64,000 nucleotides of DNA from Candidatus Heimdallarchaeota archaeon (GCA_011364965.1 RDOB01000003.1:96001-160000); one strand, 5' to 3'; positions 29,599 through 40,271 are shown, counted from the stretch's first letter. Made by a program: numbers and translations. Notes: generated by a model from the letters alone, not told the origin.

Positions 29599-30552
29599 CT
29601 AACTATTCATGAAAGAGAGTAATTTCTCAGAAAAATCAGGTGGATACCAATGCCCTAAATTGGGGTATTCAATGAGCTGACATGAAATTCCATCGTTTCT
29701 CAACATTTGTACAAACTTTTGGATATTTTTGTGGGAGATTACTTGGTCCTTTTTCCCAGTAATTATCATTCCACTGACTTCAGAGGCATTATCATTTTCA
29801 ATCAATGGTTTCCAATTGTCGAGATCATTCATCCATCTTCCTCCAGGAGCAACAGCCACAAATTTCTGTATGGGCAGTGTACCAGATACAACAAGCCATA
29901 TAGCAAGTTCTGCACCTGAAGAAAGCCCTCCAACTAGAGAATGACCAAATTCAATAGAATAAGTTTCCTCTATCTTTTTAACATATGTCTTAAGCTGTTT
30001 CGTAGCAGATTCATGATCAGGCCAGTAAGCTGAATCTTTTCCTGACCAGTAAACATTAGTTGAACGAGGCATAGCAACAATAAATCCTTTATCAACGACA
30101 GGACACCAATAATGAATCTCTTCCTCGATCACACCACTATCAGCATGTAATGCAAGCATTAAGGAGTATGGAAAATTTTTTTCCTCTGGAATGATTTTTA
30201 TTTCTTGTTCTTTCATTAGTTCAGGAGTAGAAATTTCTCGACTTCGTTTTAATTGTTCTTTAAATTCAGGAATACCCTGAAGGGAGTGCAATGAAGGGCT
30301 TTGAGTTAAAATATATTCCGAATACCAACCTCCTTCATCGATTATTTGCTTTAGGAGTTTAATTGCTAATTGGCTATCCCCCAAATTTGCAGCTGCGCAG
30401 ATTCCAGAGTAAAAAAGTGCAGCTTTCCCATATGGGAATTTAACTCGGGGCGTTTGTAGATATTCGAGTATTTCTGTGTATTTCTTGGCATCAAAAAGAC
30501 GAAACATTTCTCTCAAGAGTTCCCAATACTTCTCTAAGTTCAAAATATTCAA
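29599..30552 (-). CDS. Alpha/beta hydrolase with TPR-like N-terminus
   Basis: GLSSG nucleophile elbow, GKKD, GHWYP. Confidence 0.8.
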   Translation of the reverse strand: MNILNLEKYWELLREMFRLFDAKKYTEILEYLQTPRVKFPYGKAALFYSGICAAANLGDSQLAIKLLKQIIDEGGWYSEYILTQSPSLHSLQGIPEFKEQLKRSREISTPELMKEQEIKIIPEEKNFPYSLMLALHADSGVIEEEIHYWCPVVDKGFIVAMPRSTNVYWSGKDSAYWPDHESATKQLKTYVKKIEETYSIEFGHSLVGGLSSGAELAIWLVVSGTLPIQKFVAVAPGGRWMNDLDNWKPLIENDNASEVSGMIITGKKDQVISHKNIQKFVQMLRNDGISCQLIEYPNLGHWYPPDFSEKLLSFMNS

Positions 30553-30717
30553 CCCCTAATACATAAGTGGATTTTCAATTAATAAAAAGGGATAATCCAA
30601 AAGGAATGTGATAAATGCAATTCCAATATATGTTCCTTGTTGAAGTATCTTATAAGTCATCTTTCACTCTATATGGTTATTTGATACGGGAACCAAATAA
30701 CTAGGAGATGATAAACA

Positions 30718-31239
30718 TTGGATTCTAATACTTCAATAGAACTAAATTCTGGAGAAAAGGTTCCTCAAAAAACAACGTGGATAGATGTTATATTCATAAT
30801 ATTATTGGTTAATTTAGGATTAGTAATTCTCGTTTCAATTGTAGCAATTATTTTCAATTCTGAATTTTTAGAAAGTCTATTGCTAATTGGAGTAATTTCA
30901 GGAGCGGTATATATTGTTGTCATACTTCTAGTTCTACTATTGTCCATAGCCCCTCCTGCGCTCATTCGGCGAATATTTCATTGGGAGGAAGAGAAAGAAG
31001 CAAATTTGATAGTAAACCTGCTTTTTTTACTCAGCTTCCTTTTTGGAACTGGGACAGCGATAGGATTGTACATCTTGATTCTTCCATATTTTCCAGTAGT
31101 AGCTGACCCATTTAGCCTCACAGCAATCAATCCTGTATTTGCTATACTATATTCTATATGGTGGTTCTTTGGTTTTATCATTTCGATTTTAATTATTACT
31201 ATTCTATATTTGCTCCTTGAAACTGGACGATATGCTTGA
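30718..31239 (+). CDS. Hypothetical 4-TM membrane protein
   Basis: Four hydrophobic helices; upstream AGGAG. Confidence 0.65.
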   Translation: MDSNTSIELNSGEKVPQKTTWIDVIFIILLVNLGLVILVSIVAIIFNSEFLESLLLIGVISGAVYIVVILLVLLLSIAPPALIRRIFHWEEEKEANLIVNLLFLLSFLFGTGTAIGLYILILPYFPVVADPFSLTAINPVFAILYSIWWFFGFIISILIITILYLLLETGRYA

Positions 31240-31293
31240 GGAATCTTCCCTGATAAAGTAAGAGTAAAATCTAACAGAAAAATTCTAATTTTG

Positions 31294-31371
31294 ATCCTAT
31301 TATTATATTAGAATAGGGATGATAATAAAGAAAACTTTAAATATATCCCAGTTCTAATATTAGAATAGGAC
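31294..31371 (+). promoter_or_regulatory. Two candidate PadR operators flanking a TATA-like box
   Basis: ATATTAGAATAGG occurs twice; perfect palindrome TTCTAATATTAGAA at 31352-31365; TTTAAATA between the two. Confidence 0.55.
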
Positions 31372-31376
31372 TGAAA

Positions 31377-31997
31377 ATGAGTGTTAAGGGAACAAAGTTA
31401 ACTTTGAACGATATTACAGTGTTAGGACTCCTCAACGAAGAGAAAAGAGGCGTTACAGGACTGCAACTTGAAGAAGCAATAGAAAGACGAGGTATGAGGG
31501 TATGGACTAAAATTGGAAAGTCTAGTGTTTATCATGCATTAAAAAAATTGCAGAATTACAAGTATGCAGTCAATGAAATTATCATTAATCGAAAGGATGC
31601 AATCTCCCCGCCAATCAAGGAAAAATATTACAGAATTACTGAATATGGTCGGAAAGAACTAGAAAAAGCTGTTTACACTGTATTAGCGAATCATGAAAAA
31701 ATGATAGATCCTTTTGATATCGCTTTTGCATTCTCAGGGGTTTTAACACAAGAAAAATTAATTGAAGCAATAACGCAACGAGTATCTGAAATTGAAACAC
31801 GAAAAAAGAGGCTTGAGGAGAGTATCAAAAATTTTAGTAAGCCAAATGCCCATGGTTACACTTTGGATGGCACCAAAATTTTTGAAGATCTTGTTATTCA
31901 ACATATAATTGCGCTTTTCACACGACCTCTCGCATTCGTAAACGCGGAAGAACAATGGTTACTATATTATCTTGAGAAGATTAGTCGGAGAAGATGA
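31377..31997 (+). CDS. PadR family regulator (long, C-terminal helical domain)
   Basis: VLGLL, SSVYHALKKL, YRITEYG, AEEQWL. Confidence 0.85.
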   Translation: MSVKGTKLTLNDITVLGLLNEEKRGVTGLQLEEAIERRGMRVWTKIGKSSVYHALKKLQNYKYAVNEIIINRKDAISPPIKEKYYRITEYGRKELEKAVYTVLANHEKMIDPFDIAFAFSGVLTQEKLIEAITQRVSEIETRKKRLEESIKNFSKPNAHGYTLDGTKIFEDLVIQHIIALFTRPLAFVNAEEQWLLYYLEKISRRR

Positions 31998-32003
31998 TGA
32001 AAA

Positions 32004-33050
32004 ATGGAAAATAATAATGAAATTAATGTTATAAAAGGTTTTAATCACAAAACAGGAGTACATTGCACTTCTAGTGCACTTAGGAATATATTTGAGTTTT
32101 ATGGACTGAAATTGAGCGAAGAAATGATCTTTGGAATAGGAGGAGGTTTAGGATTAGGATATTTAAAATTCAAAAATCAAAACCCAATGATTGGTGGACG
32201 TCAAAATGATTTTGAAAAAAACTTAGCCAAGCTAATGAATACTCCTTTGAAGATTTACAGAACAAAAGACAAAGAAGAGGGTTGGAACCATCTACGATCG
32301 TATCTCGAAAATAATAAACCGATGGCAATTAATATTGATATGGCATACTTACCATACCATAAAGGAGACCTTCCAAGGGAGGATTATCATTTTGGCATGC
32401 ATACAGTAGTTGTTTGTGGATATAATCCTAAAAAAAATACTGTTTCCCTCGCTGATACTGCTTATGAAGAAATTCAAGAGATAACAGTAGAGGAATTATC
32501 CGCAGGACGAAACGCATCATATAATAGATGGTTGGATCCTTATAACTTTATTTATGAATTTGACTTCAATCAGAAAAGACCAGATCTAGTAGAAATTATC
32601 CCCCAAGCCATAAGAAATAATGGGAATTCGCTACAAAAAAGTAGCAAATTAATGACTTTTATGGGAATTTATAGTGGTCCTAAAGGTCTAAATAAATTTG
32701 CAGAGGATCTTGGAACTTGGCCCAAATTATCAAAGAACATATTATTGGAACAATGTAAAGAAATTTCGGGTTATATCTCCCATTATGGCACAGGTGGAGG
32801 CTTCTTTAGATTTTTATACAGTCGATTCTTACTAGAGTGTGCAGAACTATTAGAGGATAACAGATTGAGTGATCTTAGTGATAATTACGATAGTTTGGGA
32901 AAAGAATGGGAAGATTTTTCAGATCATCTCGAGAAATTCCCTTTAAAAGGTGAAGAAGAGGAAGTTTTAGTATTACAAAAACTCTTAATGAACATAATTC
33001 ACTTAGAAAGAGAGAACGCAAAAAAATTAGCTAATTATTGGCATCCATAG
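32004..33050 (+). CDS. BtrH N-terminal / DUF4872 papain-like peptidase
   Basis: HCTSSALRN, SEEMIFGIGGG, HFGMHTVVVCGY, GTGGGFFR. Confidence 0.85.
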   Translation: MENNNEINVIKGFNHKTGVHCTSSALRNIFEFYGLKLSEEMIFGIGGGLGLGYLKFKNQNPMIGGRQNDFEKNLAKLMNTPLKIYRTKDKEEGWNHLRSYLENNKPMAINIDMAYLPYHKGDLPREDYHFGMHTVVVCGYNPKKNTVSLADTAYEEIQEITVEELSAGRNASYNRWLDPYNFIYEFDFNQKRPDLVEIIPQAIRNNGNSLQKSSKLMTFMGIYSGPKGLNKFAEDLGTWPKLSKNILLEQCKEISGYISHYGTGGGFFRFLYSRFLLECAELLEDNRLSDLSDNYDSLGKEWEDFSDHLEKFPLKGEEEEVLVLQKLLMNIIHLERENAKKLANYWHP

Positions 33051-33080
33051 GAATCCAATTTTTAAAAGGGGTGAATAGTA

Positions 33081-33707
33081 ATGGTAAAAATAGATTTTAA
33101 AAAGGAACTTAAGGAATATTATTCCGGAAAAGCTGGAAGAGTTGTAGTTGTGGATATTCCCAAATTTTATTTCCTGATGATCGATGGTAAAGGATACCCA
33201 GAAACATCACAAGAGTACCAAGACGCCATGGGAACAATCTATCCAATATCTTATACATTAAAGTTTATGATGAAGAAAAAAGGAAAGGATTATGTAGTTA
33301 TGCCTTTAGAAGGTTTATGGTGGGCTGAAGACATGGATGTATTCACTTCTGAATTTATGGAGCAGAAGGAGGAGTGGTTATGGACTTCACTTGTGATGCA
33401 ACCAGATTTTATCACACAGGAGCTTGTTGACAAAGCAATAATAGAGTTGCAAGAAAAGAACAAATCACTTCCTAGCTTGTCTAAATTGCGATTCCAAGCT
33501 TTTGAAGAAGGTAAATGTGTCCAAATTCTTCATCTTGGACCATTCTCGGAGGAAGGTTCTACTATTGAGCTTCTGCACAACTATATTGAAAAAATCGGAG
33601 GTACCTTTGATGGAAAAAAGCAGAAGCATCATGAAATCTATCTTAGTGATCCAAGAAGGACTCAACCTGAGAAATTAAAGACATTAATCAGACAACCTTT
33701 TATCTAA
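33081..33707 (+). CDS. GyrI-like small-molecule binding protein
   Basis: YVVMPLEGLWW, HLGPFSEE, HHEIYLSDPRR. Confidence 0.9.
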   Translation: MVKIDFKKELKEYYSGKAGRVVVVDIPKFYFLMIDGKGYPETSQEYQDAMGTIYPISYTLKFMMKKKGKDYVVMPLEGLWWAEDMDVFTSEFMEQKEEWLWTSLVMQPDFITQELVDKAIIELQEKNKSLPSLSKLRFQAFEEGKCVQILHLGPFSEEGSTIELLHNYIEKIGGTFDGKKQKHHEIYLSDPRRTQPEKLKTLIRQPFI

Positions 33708-33722
33708 ATCTTTTTTTCTATT

Positions 33723-34382
33723 TCAAACCCATTGAAAGGCGAATTCCTGAAGGATTTTGAGTTCGGCCCGTTTCAATCGTTCTTGCATTGCTACACGTTT
33801 AATACCTAGTTTTGGTGCAAGTTCAGTTAATTTAATTTGCTTGGGAATTCTATAATATCCTGATTTGAAAGCTAATTGAAATGCCTCGAGTTGTTTAACT
33901 GTTAGCAAAGATTGCTGAAATCCAAAGGGAATAGAAGATGTTGATTGAATCTTTACAGATGTGAATCGAACTTTCAATAACTTTAAAAGGTTTTTTAAGT
34001 ATGTTCGATCGGGGGATAATATAGTATGATATTGAAGACCATTAGATATAGTGATTGGTAGAATTGACATATTTCCACTATTAAGAACGGTTTCATAGAT
34101 AGAAGGATAATCCAATTGATGAATAGTTCGTGTCCAGTACAAAATTGGACTGGAATAGGTAATTTCAAACTTTATAATATCCTTAGATTTCTGAATTGCA
34201 TCTATGTATGAACGAATTGATTCTTCATTTCCATTCAAAGCTTCTATATATCCATATCCTTCAGGTAACTGAATTGATACGATTGTGACCCGAACTGGAT
34301 ACTTTTTCGTAAGCTCACAAGAATAATAATCCTTAGAGTATATTACTAACTTGGTATGTATCATCTTATATACACCCGTCAC
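33723..34382 (-). CDS. HTH_10 (Bat-like) transcriptional regulator
   Basis: LTVKQLEAFQLAFKSGYYRIPKQIKLTELA...LKRAE. Confidence 0.85.
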   Translation of the reverse strand: MTGVYKMIHTKLVIYSKDYYSCELTKKYPVRVTIVSIQLPEGYGYIEALNGNEESIRSYIDAIQKSKDIIKFEITYSSPILYWTRTIHQLDYPSIYETVLNSGNMSILPITISNGLQYHTILSPDRTYLKNLLKLLKVRFTSVKIQSTSSIPFGFQQSLLTVKQLEAFQLAFKSGYYRIPKQIKLTELAPKLGIKRVAMQERLKRAELKILQEFAFQWV

Positions 34383-34441
34383 TCGACATATTTAAATTAT
34401 AAAACTTATCTTTTTCATCTTTCTATTGGACAAGATTTCCC

Positions 34442-35368
34442 ATGGTCTCCCCATACTCGAAAGCTTATTTGCTAGCTCTTCTGGAAGCTCTTTTCGTCAC
34501 TATTTTATGGAGTTCATCATGGGTGATAATCAAGTTTACTCTAGAAGAAATTTCTCCTTTAATTTTCGCATCGTTCAGGTATCTTCTTGCTTCTAGCATC
34601 TTAATGTTAATAGTTCTTTCCAACTCCGAATCTAGAAACGCGATTCGAACCCAGAATCGTCATTGGTGGAAATATATTTCACTTTATGGCATTATTTTCA
34701 TTGCAGGTACACAAGGAACACAGTTTTTAGCTCTTGATTTGCTTCCAGCAATTACAGTCTCTTTTTTGCTCAATCTTACTCCTTTCGTAGTTATACTCAT
34801 TTCTATTCCCACTATTCGGGAAGTTCCATCAAAATTCGACATTATATTCTTTTTCACAGTTTTTATTGGAATATTTTTCTATTTCTCTACAAAAAATATT
34901 CTCGTAACTGATTTTTTGGGTATATTCATCGCAATAGTAGGTGTTTTGACGAATGCTTTGTCATCGATTCTTGGACGAAAAATTAATCGTGATACCTCTT
35001 TACAACCAATTGTGATTACTGGAATTAGTATGACAATTGGTTCATTTTTCCTAGTAATTCTCGCTTTCCTAATTGAAGGTTTGACGTTTATGGAAACTAT
35101 TTCTCCATTAGCCATAATTGCTATAATTTGGCTGGGAATTGTTAATACTGCTTTTGCTTTTACTCTTTGGAACAAGGCAATGAAGCATATAAGGGCAATG
35201 GACATTTCATTGATAAATAGTACAATGCTACCACAAATAGTGCTACTATCTATCGTTTTCCTAGAGGAACATCCAACTATGTTCGAATGGCTTGGACTAG
35301 GACTAATTGTATTTAGTGTAGCCTTCATTCAATGGAATCAAACAAGGAATAATAATAACAAGCGCTAA
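34442..35368 (+). CDS. DMT/EamA family transporter
   Basis: 10 TM; LWSSSW, NTAFAFTLWN. Confidence 0.9.
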   Translation: MVSPYSKAYLLALLEALFVTILWSSSWVIIKFTLEEISPLIFASFRYLLASSILMLIVLSNSESRNAIRTQNRHWWKYISLYGIIFIAGTQGTQFLALDLLPAITVSFLLNLTPFVVILISIPTIREVPSKFDIIFFFTVFIGIFFYFSTKNILVTDFLGIFIAIVGVLTNALSSILGRKINRDTSLQPIVITGISMTIGSFFLVILAFLIEGLTFMETISPLAIIAIIWLGIVNTAFAFTLWNKAMKHIRAMDISLINSTMLPQIVLLSIVFLEEHPTMFEWLGLGLIVFSVAFIQWNQTRNNNNKR

Positions 35369-35370
35369 AA

Positions 35371-36342
35371 TCACACGCCTTTCTCTCCAAAGGTAGGTGT
35401 TATTTCTCGACGCAATAAAAACAAAGCAAGAATTATACAAACTAATCCCAACACCTTGAAATAGGATGTAATTACTATTTCTCCTTCTATGGGTACTATG
35501 AGATCCTCAAAAAAGAGAAAGTATGCACCAAGGAATGCTACTGTTACTGAAAGGGAATTGGCTATAGGGGAAACTATTGAGAGTCGGCCTTTCTCAAATG
35601 CAAGCTGTTGAGCAATAATAGCAAATCCATATGTCAATAAAAACATAACTAGTGAATAAATAAAAATAATCAACGGAAAAAAATCAGCAGTATTAATATG
35701 GTTTATAGCAATTAGAAAGCTTTTAGTAAAAAATGTCCCAAATCCGTAAAATGTTCCTGAAAATAATGGGAAAACATATTCCTCATATCCCTCTCCAACT
35801 CGAGCTACAAACATTAAAAATGCCATTATAATAACAAGGATGATTGTCAAAGGGAAGATTGTAAATAAAAGTGGTACATCTACTTGATCATGTATTGAAA
35901 TACTGGAAGGATTAATGGCTATAACATTAGGGGAGAACGCGATTAATAAAAGACCAACAATTAGAATGACAACCCCAATCCATTCTATCGCTTTCAACCT
36001 TTCTTGGAAGATAAAAAAAGCAAAAATAAAAGTAAATAGAAGATTTGTATTCACCAAAGGTTTAACAATAGAAATATCATAATTATTTAATGCGATTGTA
36101 TAAATAAGGAAACCTGAAATTGCAGTAACACCACCCCACATCCAAATGGGTGTTTTTATTAAACGCCAAGTTTCAGGAAAAATATCTTTGAAAAAATTTT
36201 GAATCTTTATACCTCCCGCTTGAAAAATTCCTTTTTTTAAGAGAATAGCAGATCCTCCGCTAACTAGGCCATATAAAAACATAATAAGGAGAATATAAAA
36301 ACTATCCAAAGGAAATTCAACCATAATAGTACCTTCAGTCAA
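35371..36342 (-). CDS. DMT superfamily transporter (NIPA/EamA-like)
   Basis: SIVKPL...FIFQERL; AFEKGRLSIVSPI; multi-TM. Confidence 0.75.
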   Translation of the reverse strand: MTEGTIMVEFPLDSFYILLIMFLYGLVSGGSAILLKKGIFQAGGIKIQNFFKDIFPETWRLIKTPIWMWGGVTAISGFLIYTIALNNYDISIVKPLVNTNLLFTFIFAFFIFQERLKAIEWIGVVILIVGLLLIAFSPNVIAINPSSISIHDQVDVPLLFTIFPLTIILVIIMAFLMFVARVGEGYEEYVFPLFSGTFYGFGTFFTKSFLIAINHINTADFFPLIIFIYSLVMFLLTYGFAIIAQQLAFEKGRLSIVSPIANSLSVTVAFLGAYFLFFEDLIVPIEGEIVITSYFKVLGLVCIILALFLLRREITPTFGEKGV

Positions 36343-36347
36343 AATTT

Positions 36348-36872
36348 TTATTCTTCTTCATTTGATTTAATTGGATTCTCCCCAAGAATGGCTTCACGTT
36401 TGAAAAGATATTCTGTTTCATCATTTGACAAATCAAAACTTTTTTTCCTTTTTTTCTTTTTTAGGGAGACTTCTTTCAAAAGTACTTGGTTCTTTTCTTC
36501 CGTGATAGGGATTATTTGACCATCAGCTATTCTCTTAGATGGTTGTTCTTCTGTATATTCCAAATATTTGATGGAAATGTAATGAGATTGATCGTACTCC
36601 CCGATTCCAGAACTTTCCTCAACAAAAATCCTTAAAGATCCAGGTTTTGCTAATTTAATGAGAGGTACATGTAATTCTAGGTATTCTCGATCAGTTGCAC
36701 CAATATATTGCCCCCTAACCTTTCCAAAGTCATCAAGAAGTCGAACTCGATATCTAGTCAACTGTGTTTTTCGTTCTTCGAGATGTACACGGATATAAAA
36801 TGGAATTGGAATAGAAATCTCGGTAAAAGTATCTCCTGCATCGTCAGCAACTTCAATTTTTGTCAAAAACAT
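36348..36872 (-). CDS. Hypothetical protein (beta-rich N-domain, charged tail)
   Basis: AGGTGA RBS; 5 bp from the DMT gene, likely co-transcribed. Confidence 0.65.
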   Translation of the reverse strand: MFLTKIEVADDAGDTFTEISIPIPFYIRVHLEERKTQLTRYRVRLLDDFGKVRGQYIGATDREYLELHVPLIKLAKPGSLRIFVEESSGIGEYDQSHYISIKYLEYTEEQPSKRIADGQIIPITEEKNQVLLKEVSLKKKKRKKSFDLSNDETEYLFKREAILGENPIKSNEEE

Positions 36873-37256
36873 CTCACCTTGACAGAAGCAAGCTTATTCT
36901 AATAGTATTAATTCTTTGGTCTTAAAATCTTTCTCCCCTGAAAAATATTTCCTGAAATTAAAATAACCTATAAAACAACCAGGAGATCGTGGAAGTAAAC
37001 TGCGTTCATTCAATATTTATAATACGAAAATAAAAAATTTAAAAGGTAAAAATAGTAAAAAAGGTCTCTAATTCCTTTTAAAACATAAATAATTGTATTA
37101 TTATGGAGAAAATCTGGAGGGGATTGCAAACAATTGTTTACGCTCCCACTCACAGAATGAAATGGGATAATTCTTACGGAATGAAATGAAATAAAACGAT
37201 TAACAATTGTTAATTTACGTTTTTAAACTTTATGGAATGTGATTTATTATGCTTAT

Positions 37257-37685
37257 TTAGATATCATTTCTGGCCCGTTTAGAATAATATCGAATTTGGG
37301 GCCAGCTTGTATACCCCTCTCCCTCAAAAAGAGATAAACTTACCTCATTATCTTCTAGAATCAGTGCACAATAAATTTCAATTCCAAATCTACTAAAAAG
37401 CTCCCTTTCAGCTGCCTGTATCAATTTTTTCGCAATTCCTTGATGTTGATAGGCAGGATGAACAGCAAGTCTATTTATCCATCCCTTTCGACCGTCATGT
37501 GTTACTAATACTACTCCTCTTATTTCATTATCGATAATATCCCCCAGAAAGAAAACATTGGATTGCATAAGCTGATTTTTTACTGCTTCAGGTCGATCTC
37601 TTCCTTTTATTCTCGTGGGCAGACCTGATAGCTCCCAAAGACGCAAAACATCCTCATACTGTTCATAAGTTATCTCTTCGATCAT
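37257..37685 (-). CDS. GNAT acetyltransferase (YpeA-like)
   Basis: HDGRKGWINRLAVHPAYQHQGIA. Confidence 0.88.
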   Translation of the reverse strand: MIEEITYEQYEDVLRLWELSGLPTRIKGRDRPEAVKNQLMQSNVFFLGDIIDNEIRGVVLVTHDGRKGWINRLAVHPAYQHQGIAKKLIQAAERELFSRFGIEIYCALILEDNEVSLSLFEGEGYTSWPQIRYYSKRARNDI

Positions 37686-38494
37686 TCAAAAGTCCTTCGA
37701 GCGTCATTCCACTTATTAGATAATATTTCAGCCTTTTCTTCATCAATTGGAGAATGAATGTCAGTTTTCTTGATGGAACTTCCGACTATAGCCCCAGAAA
37801 TATATTCAAAAACTGTATTGAGATTATCAGAGGATAATCCACTTCCTAATATTGGATAAATTCCAGATTGTTTTACAAATTCCGATAATGCTGATTTTTC
37901 AACGAGTTTCCCTGTTTCTGATCCAGATACTATTATTGCATTTGCTTTTCCGCGATTCAAAGCATTTTTCGCTGCTTCAGCTAAGGAGAATTGGCCCAGA
38001 GGAGACGCGTGTTTCACGTGAACATCAGCCAAAATTAATACCTTTGATTTTAAACTCCGTACTTTTCTTTGCACACCATCTGCTACACCTTCAATTATGC
38101 CTTGATCAGTAACGTAAGCTCCTTCCCAAACATTACAGCGGATAAATGAGGATCCAGTAATATGAGCTATTGTTAATGCTTGTTCACATGCATTTCGAAG
38201 AATATTGATACCTAAAGGAAGTTTGATCTCTTTTTTTACATTTTCTACCACTAAAGTCATCATAAGGAGTATTTCATCTTCTATCCGATATTTAGAAAAG
38301 GGAAAGTCGTTAAAGTTTTCAATAAGAATCCCATCATATCCTGTTTTCATTAAAACTCCAGCATCACATAATACAGACTCAATCATTTCTTCTTTTACAT
38401 CAGGATGCTCGATACATTTCCGAAGACAAGGAAGATGAACCATACCTATTAAAGGTTTATTTTTTAAATCCAAAACCGTTGAGGAGCTTTTCAA
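37682..38494 (-). CDS. btpA: BtpA/SgcQ family TIM-barrel protein
   Basis: IGMVHL, IENFND.PF, GINILRN, ADVHVKH, IVSG..TG. Confidence 0.88.
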   Translation of the reverse strand: MKSSSTVLDLKNKPLIGMVHLPCLRKCIEHPDVKEEMIESVLCDAGVLMKTGYDGILIENFNDFPFSKYRIEDEILLMMTLVVENVKKEIKLPLGINILRNACEQALTIAHITGSSFIRCNVWEGAYVTDQGIIEGVADGVQRKVRSLKSKVLILADVHVKHASPLGQFSLAEAAKNALNRGKANAIIVSGSETGKLVEKSALSEFVKQSGIYPILGSGLSSDNLNTVFEYISGAIVGSSIKKTDIHSPIDEEKAEILSNKWNDARRTFE

Positions 38495-38669
38495 ATTTAT
38501 CTAACTCCGATTGAAAATCAATAGTTATATATCTAAGCTCAATGAATATGTGTTTCGATAATATTAATACAAAACATAAAAAGAATTCCGTAACTTCATA
38601 CATTAAACTCAATCTAGTACAATATTTTTTGAAATATTGCTCTTCATAACCTTCCTGGGGATCCTGATC

Positions 38670-38948
38670 ATGATTAAAATTTATCTATATGGACATCTTA
38701 AAAAAATATTTGACCCAAACGCATCATTAGCAGAGAATACAATTATCGAAATACCTTTTAAGAAAAATGAAACATTTGATGGTTTAATTATCAGAATAGG
38801 TTTAAATAATCACCAAATCGGAGACTGCTTTATTAATGGAAAATATGCTCAAAAAACAATAGAAATTTCTGATAATTCAAGAATAGGAATATTCCCAACA
38901 GGAATGCGTTTAATTGATGGCGGATTATATATCAAACTACTTAATTAA
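38670..38948 (+). CDS. MoaD/ThiS/SAMP-like ubiquitin-fold protein with an extension after GG
   Basis: MIKIYLYGHL...FINGK...RIGIFP...IDGG-LYIKLLN; ATG 38670 preferred over TTG 38637. Confidence 0.72.
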   Translation: MIKIYLYGHLKKIFDPNASLAENTIIEIPFKKNETFDGLIIRIGLNNHQIGDCFINGKYAQKTIEISDNSRIGIFPTGMRLIDGGLYIKLLN

Positions 38949-39113
38949 AATGTGTGAGATCTATTCTCAAAAAAACTTCAGCTAAGTAAACTATTAATGT
39001 ACTTTAACAGCTCTTGTTAAATGCGTGATGACGGTTTTACCGGCAGATCCAATCGTTATTTCGATTGGAGATGATGAGATCTGGCAAACTGATAATTGGT
39101 CTGAGGAAACCGA

Positions 39114-40046
39114 ATGACTCTTTGCATTTGTGGAAAAAATGGAGCTTTTAAAATACCAAGGAATCGACAAACTCTCTGTATAAAATGTTTTTCTGCAGAG
39201 TTGGAAAGATCGGTCGTTAATCGTCTTCCAAAGCATATCAGGGGACATATTGGTGCAGTTGCCCTCTCGGGGGGAAAAGATAGCATCACTCTTCTGAACA
39301 TTTTAATAAGAAATCAAAAAAAACTTCGTATTCCTGAATTATTTACGATTACCATTGAGGAAGGAATTCCAGAAATCGATGAAAGGAGAGGTAAAATTCT
39401 AAAAAATCTTGAAACAAAATTTCCCAATGTTAAATTTCTTCGATTTTCTTACCAAGACTTATTTGGATATACGTTACCAGAGTTCCTCGCATCAGAGAAT
39501 CAGCGAAAATATAAACATACGCCGTGTGCAATATGTGGGGTTTTAAGAAGGCATGCTTTGATTCGTGCAGCGAATTCTATCCGAGCTGATTTCATCGCAC
39601 TAGGAAATACACTCAATGATGAAGCAGCTACTACATTAATTAATATTATTGGAGGAAATCCAGAAAAAAATTATAGATATTTAATTGAATATAAATCGAT
39701 TGAGGATTTATATAATCCCAAGAGAATTAAACCTCTAGAAAAGTTAGAAGAAGCATCTATAATAGAATATGTTAATATTAATAATTTAGAAACTTTAGAA
39801 GTTACATGTCCTTATTCCAAATATTCTTTACGAAGTGAAGTAAATATCTTTCTGTCCACTCTGAAGCTCAAACATCCAGACTTACTTTTCAATATTACCG
39901 CTGCAGGAAAACGCAAAATTAATACAGAATCTCAAACAAAAATTCTCCAGCAATGTGAGAATTGTCCCTCACTTACACCAAAGCAACAATGTTCAGCCTG
40001 CCGGTTGATAGCCAAGTATTTTGGAGCAAAGGATAATTCTCTATAA
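39114..40046 (+). CDS. TtuA/NcsA/Ctu1-type tRNA 2-thiolation protein
   Basis: N- and C-terminal Zn fingers, PP-loop SGGKDS, CAICGVLRR, CPYS. Confidence 0.82.
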   Translation: MTLCICGKNGAFKIPRNRQTLCIKCFSAELERSVVNRLPKHIRGHIGAVALSGGKDSITLLNILIRNQKKLRIPELFTITIEEGIPEIDERRGKILKNLETKFPNVKFLRFSYQDLFGYTLPEFLASENQRKYKHTPCAICGVLRRHALIRAANSIRADFIALGNTLNDEAATTLINIIGGNPEKNYRYLIEYKSIEDLYNPKRIKPLEKLEEASIIEYVNINNLETLEVTCPYSKYSLRSEVNIFLSTLKLKHPDLLFNITAAGKRKINTESQTKILQQCENCPSLTPKQQCSACRLIAKYFGAKDNSL

Positions 40047-40271
40047 TTTTTGTCACTCCAAACAATACATGCAATCCAAAAGGTACAAATATCTTTCTCT
40101 TCATATAATGGATCATTATAAGGAAATTATTCTTCATTAATAGCAAAATAATTAAAAAAATTCTCTCTTCTTTTAGAAGAGGCAGTATATGATATATATA
40201 AGCTCCCTAGTTTTAGTTTTCACATTGAAAAATCTTCTTTTATCTCTCCCCAATTAGTTATGTGACGTTTT

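Noticed and set aside
34879-35328. 149-aa antisense ORF (representative of many short shadow ORFs in the track)
   Set aside because: Lies wholly opposite a well-supported membrane protein gene.
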